Shown piece after piece: positions 58,864 to 63,733 of a stretch of 63,733 nt of DNA. The notes below the pieces were generated by a model. The model did no database searches. It saw nothing but the letters and a program-made list of their open reading frames with translations, and was not told the origin of the DNA. The position numbers were made by a program, and so were the translations under genes. The stretch's first letter is position 1, and every line of letters begins with the position of its first letter. This DNA is from Dysosmobacter sp. (GTDB lineage Bacteria; Bacillota; Clostridia; Oscillospirales; Oscillospiraceae): contig JAZRCP010000102.1 in assembly GCA_045659825.1 (NCBI GenBank), forward strand, positions 1 through 63,733, read 5' to 3'.

Positions 58864-59091
58864 GGAACCGTACCTCGAATCTTTTGGCTTGGAGCATATG
58901 CTCGAACAAAGCCTATTTTACGAGTACAAGACGGCATCTGTCAAGGAATTTGCGGGAAAAGGCGGGAAAGCAGTGGAAAACAGGTGGCGAAAGCGGATAT
59001 TCTTTTGAAAAAACAACCCCTTGTGTTTCATCGAGAGAGAGGATACAATAAAATTAGAAACAACATCCGCGACGAAACAGGAGGAGTTGCT

Positions 59092-59709
59092 ATGGGTAAG
59101 ATCACAGTTGATGCCGTGGGAAAGCAGTGCCCGATCCCGGTGGTGGAGGCCACCCGCGCGCTGCGGGCCATGACCGAAAGCGGAACGCTGGAGGTTTTGG
59201 TGGATAATGAGATCGCCGTGCAGAACCTCACCCGCATGGCGGCAGGCCACCATCTGACGGCGAAAGTGGAAAAGCGGGGAGATGCCCTGTTTGCCGTGAC
59301 CGTGGAGGTTTCCGGGCCGGTAGGCGAGGTTCCCGTGGAGGAGGCTCCGCTGGCCTGTATTCCCGATGCGCGGGGTGAACTGGTGGTGGCCATTGATACG
59401 GACGCCATGGGCCGCGGCAGTGAGGAACTGGGCCGGACACTGATGAAGGGCTTTGTGTTTGCCGTCAGCCAGCTGCCGCGGCTGCCGAAAACCATCCTGC
59501 TGTATAACGGCGGAGCCAAGCTGTCCGTGGAAGGCTCCGATTCTCTGGAGGACCTGAAGAACATGGAGGCGCAGGGGGTGGAGATCCTCACCTGCGGCAC
59601 CTGCCTGAACTTCTATGGTTTGTCGGAGAAATTGGCCGTGGGCAGCGGGACCAATATGTATGCCATCGTGGAGAAACTGGCGGGAGCCGGAAAGGTGATC
59701 AAGCCATGA
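59092..59709 (+). CDS. yedF: Sulfurtransferase-like selenium metabolism protein YedF (TusA + DsrE domains)
   Basis: GKQCPIPVV, LVDN, ELGRTLMKGF, CGTCL. Confidence 0.88.
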   Translation: MGKITVDAVGKQCPIPVVEATRALRAMTESGTLEVLVDNEIAVQNLTRMAAGHHLTAKVEKRGDALFAVTVEVSGPVGEVPVEEAPLACIPDARGELVVAIDTDAMGRGSEELGRTLMKGFVFAVSQLPRLPKTILLYNGGAKLSVEGSDSLEDLKNMEAQGVEILTCGTCLNFYGLSEKLAVGSGTNMYAIVEKLAGAGKVIKP

Positions 59710-60842
59710 TCTATCTGGATAATGCGGCAACCAGCCGCCCCAAGCCGCCCTGCGTGGCAGAGGCGGTGGTGGCGGCCATGGAGGGCTTCGGCAACTGCGG
59801 GCGGGGCGTCCATAATGATGCCCTGTCGGCGGCACGGACGGTGTTTTCCGTGCGACAGAAGGTGGCGGCCCTGTTTGGGGCCAGACCGGAGCGGGTGTGC
59901 TTCACGCCCAACTCCACCATGGCGCTGAATATTGCCATCAGTGGGTTGCTGACGGTGGAGGACCATGTGATCTCCACCGATCTGGAGCACAACTCCGTCC
60001 TGCGGCCGCTGTACCGTTTGCGCGAGCAGGGGATGGGACTGGACTTTGTCCCTGCCGATCGCTGGGGAAGACCCGATTACGACGCTTTTGAAAAGCTGCT
60101 GCGGCCCAACACACGGGCGGTGGTCTGTACCCATGCCTCCAATCTGACGGGCAATCTGATGGATATCCAGCGTGTAGGCGCATTTTGCCGGCAGCATGGA
60201 CTGCTGTTTATCGTGGATGCCTCCCAGACAGCGGGCGTGTTCCCCATTGATATGGAACGCCAGCACATCGATGTGCTGTGCTTTACGGGCCATAAGAGTC
60301 TGCTGGGACCGCAGGGCACCGGTGGACTGTGTGTCGGTCCGGATGTGGAGGTCCGCCCCTTTGCCGTGGGCGGTACCGGCGTGCAGAGCTATGCGGAATC
60401 CCAGCCGGTGGAATATCCCACCCGTCTGGAGGCCGGTACGCTGAACAGCCACAGCTTGGCGGGCCTTGGCGCCGCGCTGGATTTTTTAGAGCAGACGGGG
60501 ATCGATACCATCCGGCAGCATGAAATGCAGCTGGCACGCCGCTTTTATGAGGCGGTGCGGCAAATTGCCAGCGTCACAGTCTACGGCGATTTCTCGCAGG
60601 CAGAGCGGGCCCCTGTGGTGGCGCTGAATTTGCGGGATTATGAGTCCGGACAGGTGTCGGACGAACTGGCGGAGCGCTTTGGTATTGCCACTCGCCCCGG
60701 TGCCCATTGTGCCCCCAGAATGCACCGGGCTTTGGGCACGGAGCAGCAGGGAGCCGTCCGGTTTTCGTGGAGCTTTTTCAATACGGCGGAGGAAACGGAC
60801 ACCGCGGTGGAGGCCATTCGCCTCTTGGCCATGGAGGATTGA
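59706..60842 (+). CDS. Cysteine desulfurase / selenocysteine lyase-like aminotransferase class V
   Basis: YLDNAAT, EHNSV, DASQ, GHKSLLGPQG, EAGT, GAHCAP. Confidence 0.9.
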   Translation: MIYLDNAATSRPKPPCVAEAVVAAMEGFGNCGRGVHNDALSAARTVFSVRQKVAALFGARPERVCFTPNSTMALNIAISGLLTVEDHVISTDLEHNSVLRPLYRLREQGMGLDFVPADRWGRPDYDAFEKLLRPNTRAVVCTHASNLTGNLMDIQRVGAFCRQHGLLFIVDASQTAGVFPIDMERQHIDVLCFTGHKSLLGPQGTGGLCVGPDVEVRPFAVGGTGVQSYAESQPVEYPTRLEAGTLNSHSLAGLGAALDFLEQTGIDTIRQHEMQLARRFYEAVRQIASVTVYGDFSQAERAPVVALNLRDYESGQVSDELAERFGIATRPGAHCAPRMHRALGTEQQGAVRFSWSFFNTAEETDTAVEAIRLLAMED

Positions 60843-60843
60843 G

Positions 60844-61080
60844 ATGCGGCAGAAAGAGGAGCGGTGCATCGTGACGTTCCGCACGACTGCCGCGGCCATG
60901 GAAATGGAACGGGTTTGTAAGGAATGCGGCGTTCCTGGCCGACTGATCCCGGTGCCGCGGGCCATCACCGCAGGCTGCGGCATGTGCTGGTCGGCACCGC
61001 CGTCCGCGCGGGAGACCTTAGAGGAACTGGTGATCGATCGGCACTTGATGATTGAGGGGATTTATGCGATACTGCTGTAG
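60844..61080 (+). CDS. DUF3343-like putative Se/S carrier
   Basis: VTFRTT..LIPVPRAITAGCG. Confidence 0.8.
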   Translation: MRQKEERCIVTFRTTAAAMEMERVCKECGVPGRLIPVPRAITAGCGMCWSAPPSARETLEELVIDRHLMIEGIYAILL

Positions 61081-61091
61081 AGGTGATGGCA

Positions 61092-61265
61092 ATGGCAAAC
61101 AATTGTGAAGAGTGTGTCCACTACGACTATGACGACGAGATGGACGCCTACTATTGCACCATGGATCTGGACGAGGACGAAATGGAGCGTTTTCTGCGCA
61201 GCGCCAACAGCGCCTGTCCCTTTTACCGGCGGGGCGATGACTATATGACAGCACGGAGGCAGTAA
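61092..61265 (+). CDS. Small Cys/acidic hypothetical protein
   Basis: CEECVHY..C..LDEDE..CPFY; RBS GAGGTG. Confidence 0.75.
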   Translation: MANNCEECVHYDYDDEMDAYYCTMDLDEDEMERFLRSANSACPFYRRGDDYMTARRQ

Positions 61266-61267
61266 GC

Positions 61268-61783
61268 ATGGAATGGGTGGATTTGTATGACGAGAATCGC
61301 GTTCCGTTGGGGAAAACCGCGGAGCGTTACGGGAAAAAGCAGGCGGGCGAGTACCGTACGGTAGTGCATGTGTGCATCTTTGACCCACAGGGCCGCCTGC
61401 TGATCCAGCAGCGCAGCCCGCAAAAGTACATCTGCCCCAACCAGTGGGATGTGTCGGCGGCCGGCGGCGTGGACGCGGGGGAGACGCCCCGCGAAGCGGC
61501 GGAACGGGAAGCACGGGAGGAACTGGGCTATGCACTGGACCTCACCGGCGTGCGTCCTTCGGTCACGGTGAATTTTTCTGGTGGCTTTGATGACTTTTTC
61601 ATCGTGCAGCGGGAGGTAGACATTGCATCCCTGCGCCTGCAGACCGAGGAAGTCAGCACCGTCCGATGGGGTACGAGGGAGGAAGTGCTGGCCATGTTGG
61701 ACGCGGGAGCGTTCATCGGGTACCCCAAAAGCTTTTTGGAGTTCCTCTTTGATATGCGGAACCAGTTTGGATTTGCGATGTAA
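61268..61783 (+). CDS. NUDIX hydrolase (IPP-isomerase-like)
   Basis: LLIQQRS..WD..GGVDAGETPREAAEREAREELG. Confidence 0.9.
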   Translation: MEWVDLYDENRVPLGKTAERYGKKQAGEYRTVVHVCIFDPQGRLLIQQRSPQKYICPNQWDVSAAGGVDAGETPREAAEREAREELGYALDLTGVRPSVTVNFSGGFDDFFIVQREVDIASLRLQTEEVSTVRWGTREEVLAMLDAGAFIGYPKSFLEFLFDMRNQFGFAM

Positions 61784-61821
61784 ATATAAAAAGAAGCGGC
61801 ATATGCCGCTTCTTTTTTCTG

Positions 61822-62439
61822 TCAGGGGATGTTTTCCTCCGGTGTTTCCAGCAAATGCATCATGGAAACCTCATAGGCCGTGCGCTGTTCCACTGTGCCG
61901 TCGGGCAGGATTTTCTGATAAGTACGGCTCTGTACCCGCCCTTCCAGCGACAGATGCTCGCCTACGACTTTTTCGCTGGCGCAAATGGCAAGCTGTCCCC
62001 ATGCGATGACCGGCAGATAGTCCGCCCGGCCATAACGCCGCGGTACGGCCAGCATCAAATCGCAGATGCTGCGGCCCAGCGGTGTCCTGCGGAAAATCGG
62101 CGGCTTGCACAGGGCGCCGGAGAGGACGATCGTGTTGCAGAAAGTGTCCTCCGCAGGCAGAAGCTCCTGCGCGTAGACGGTCAGCACCAGCTTGTTGCCC
62201 ACCCCGCTGCGGTTGTTGAAGGAGCGAAACTGGCCCCGTACCCGCAGGGGGATTTCTGGTGTGACCTGTTGCTGCATCCCCTCCGGCAGCAGTATCGGCA
62301 GCACATCCGGTGTGCCGGACAGGCGGGGAACCTGCAGGGAAAAACGGTAAAACTGCGTGCCGTGGTTTTTGTGTGAGGGGGCGGGGAAGTCCTGCGGCAC
62401 ACCCTCTAAAAGCACTTCATTTCGGCTCAGTGTTGTCAT
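61822..62439 (-). CDS. ssb: Single-stranded DNA-binding protein, tandem OB-fold type
   Basis: RLSGTPD..GQFRSFN; then RRTPLGR, DYLPVIAWG, GRVQSRTYQK. Confidence 0.8.
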   Translation of the reverse strand: MTTLSRNEVLLEGVPQDFPAPSHKNHGTQFYRFSLQVPRLSGTPDVLPILLPEGMQQQVTPEIPLRVRGQFRSFNNRSGVGNKLVLTVYAQELLPAEDTFCNTIVLSGALCKPPIFRRTPLGRSICDLMLAVPRRYGRADYLPVIAWGQLAICASEKVVGEHLSLEGRVQSRTYQKILPDGTVEQRTAYEVSMMHLLETPEENIP

Positions 62440-62560
62440 GTTGTCCACCTCTCTCGCGTGATGGAACATCCTATGACCGAAGGACGGGGAATAGACCTCT
62501 TGCGTCCGGGGAAAATGTAGCATATAATGGGAAAAATCCGTTTGGAAAGGAGAGCGTCCC

Positions 62561-63733
62561 ATGGCAAATATTTTAGATTATGTGGACTGGCGGGGTGATC
62601 TGACCCTTGCGCAGTCTCCGTTCAATGAAGTGGATAACCTCATTCTGGCGGAACTGTCCTTTCTGAATTTGAAAGGGATCGTGCCTGCCCCCGGCGAGGG
62701 CGGCAGTGTGTCCCTGCGGCAGGCGGAGGAGGCCTTTTTTGCCCGCATTCCCGCGGGGAAAACGGTGGATATGGGCGTGCTGGTGCCGCAGGCCATTCCC
62801 GATCTGCTGCGCAAGGCGGCGGCTTCCGACCGGTTTGGAGAGATGCGGCTGGCGGGCTTTGTGGATTTGCTGGATGTGCAGAGGGGCGAGCAGTTTGCGG
62901 CGCTGACCGTGGAGACAGGGGACGGCGCGGTGTATCTGGCCTTCCGAGGCACGGACGACACGCTGGTGGGCTGGAAAGAGGACTTTGAAATGGCCTTTCG
63001 GCCGGAGATCCCCGCCCAGAAGAAAGCGCTGGAATATCTGAAAACCATGGCCCGGCAGTATCCCCGTAAAAAGCTGCGGCTGGGCGGGCATTCCAAGGGT
63101 GGAAATTTAGCGGTGTATGCCGCCGTGTTTGCGCCGGAGCGGCTGCAAAAGCGCATTGAAACCGTCTGGTCCAACGATGGTCCCGGCTTCCATGAAAATA
63201 TTCTTGCCCTGCCGCAGCATGCACAGGTTGCGGAGCGCATCCGTTCCATCGTGCCCAAGTCCTCGGTGGTGGGCATGCTGCTGGAGCATGAGGAGGACTA
63301 CGCCGTGGTGGACAGCAGCCAACTGGGCTTTTTGCAGCATGACGGCTTTTCATGGCAGGTGCGGGGCGGTGGCTTTGTGCATCTCCATCAGGTGACGAAG
63401 CAGGCGCGACTCAGCGATCAGGAACTGCGCGCGTGGGTGCAGACCCTGACGGTAGAACAGCGGGAGAAGTTTGTCTCCGCCCTGTTTGACGTGCTGAGCG
63501 CTTCCGGTGCAGTGACATTGACTGATTTGAAGGCGGACAGCATCAAGGCGGTGACCGCCATGGTCAAGGCTGCCAAGGATCTGGATAAGGGGACCCGTGA
63601 GGGCCTTTTGAACTTTGTCAGCATTCTCTTTAAGGGGAACCTCCGCATGGTTCTTGAGGGGATTCAGGAGGAGACGGAGAAAAAGACCACGGTGCTTCGT
63701 GGAAAGAAAAAGAAAGGGGAAAGCGAACCATGA
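62561..63733 (+). CDS. DUF2974 / Mbeg1-like alpha/beta hydrolase
   Basis: FNEVD, QFAA, FRGTDDTLVGWKEDF, GHSKGG, DGPGF. Confidence 0.88.
   Translation: MANILDYVDWRGDLTLAQSPFNEVDNLILAELSFLNLKGIVPAPGEGGSVSLRQAEEAFFARIPAGKTVDMGVLVPQAIPDLLRKAAASDRFGEMRLAGFVDLLDVQRGEQFAALTVETGDGAVYLAFRGTDDTLVGWKEDFEMAFRPEIPAQKKALEYLKTMARQYPRKKLRLGGHSKGGNLAVYAAVFAPERLQKRIETVWSNDGPGFHENILALPQHAQVAERIRSIVPKSSVVGMLLEHEEDYAVVDSSQLGFLQHDGFSWQVRGGGFVHLHQVTKQARLSDQELRAWVQTLTVEQREKFVSALFDVLSASGAVTLTDLKADSIKAVTAMVKAAKDLDKGTREGLLNFVSILFKGNLRMVLEGIQEETEKKTTVLRGKKKKGESEP

Noticed and set aside
59092-60842. Selenocysteine recoding in the yedF cluster
   Set aside because: Active-site positions are Cys, and the TGA codons act as normal stops coupled to the next gene.

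Overview
Chromosomal window from a high-GC gut Clostridia (Oscillospiraceae-like by gene content; the taxonomy is inference). Most of it is core genes: MarR plus a heterodimeric ABC exporter, ftsH, rlmB, an EF-G paralogue, a rubrerythrin/rubredoxin cluster, a Na/Pi symporter, deoC, ylbJ, yqfC-yqfD-phoH-ybeY-recD2, feoAB, a five-tRNA cluster, greA, dus, niaR/niaY, lysA, a yedF cluster and an ssb-like gene. Five regions stand out. (1) 6.1-7.1 kb: two tandem mini genetic switches (XRE repressor, twin operators, small divergent helical protein) with near-identical flanks but different recognition helices and operators. (2) 39.3-48.7 kb: a decayed island that split the native tRNA-Ser(CGA) at its anticodon loop and supplies a complete foreign tRNA-Ser(CGA), with a scar of a second, nested integration; cargo is cdaR, larA and a glycerate kinase. 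(3) 48.8-51.0 kb: a non-autonomous IS1595-family element (26-bp TIRs, 8-bp TSD) carrying three small genes with a shared leader and dif-like 11-6-11 palindromic sites, resembling a gene-cassette array. (4) Two unannotated structured ncRNA candidates, one under a DtxR/MntR-type box upstream of feoAB. (5) A catalytically degenerate P1B-ATPase homologue. No CRISPR array or rRNA was seen. All product calls come from motif recognition; no database searches were run.
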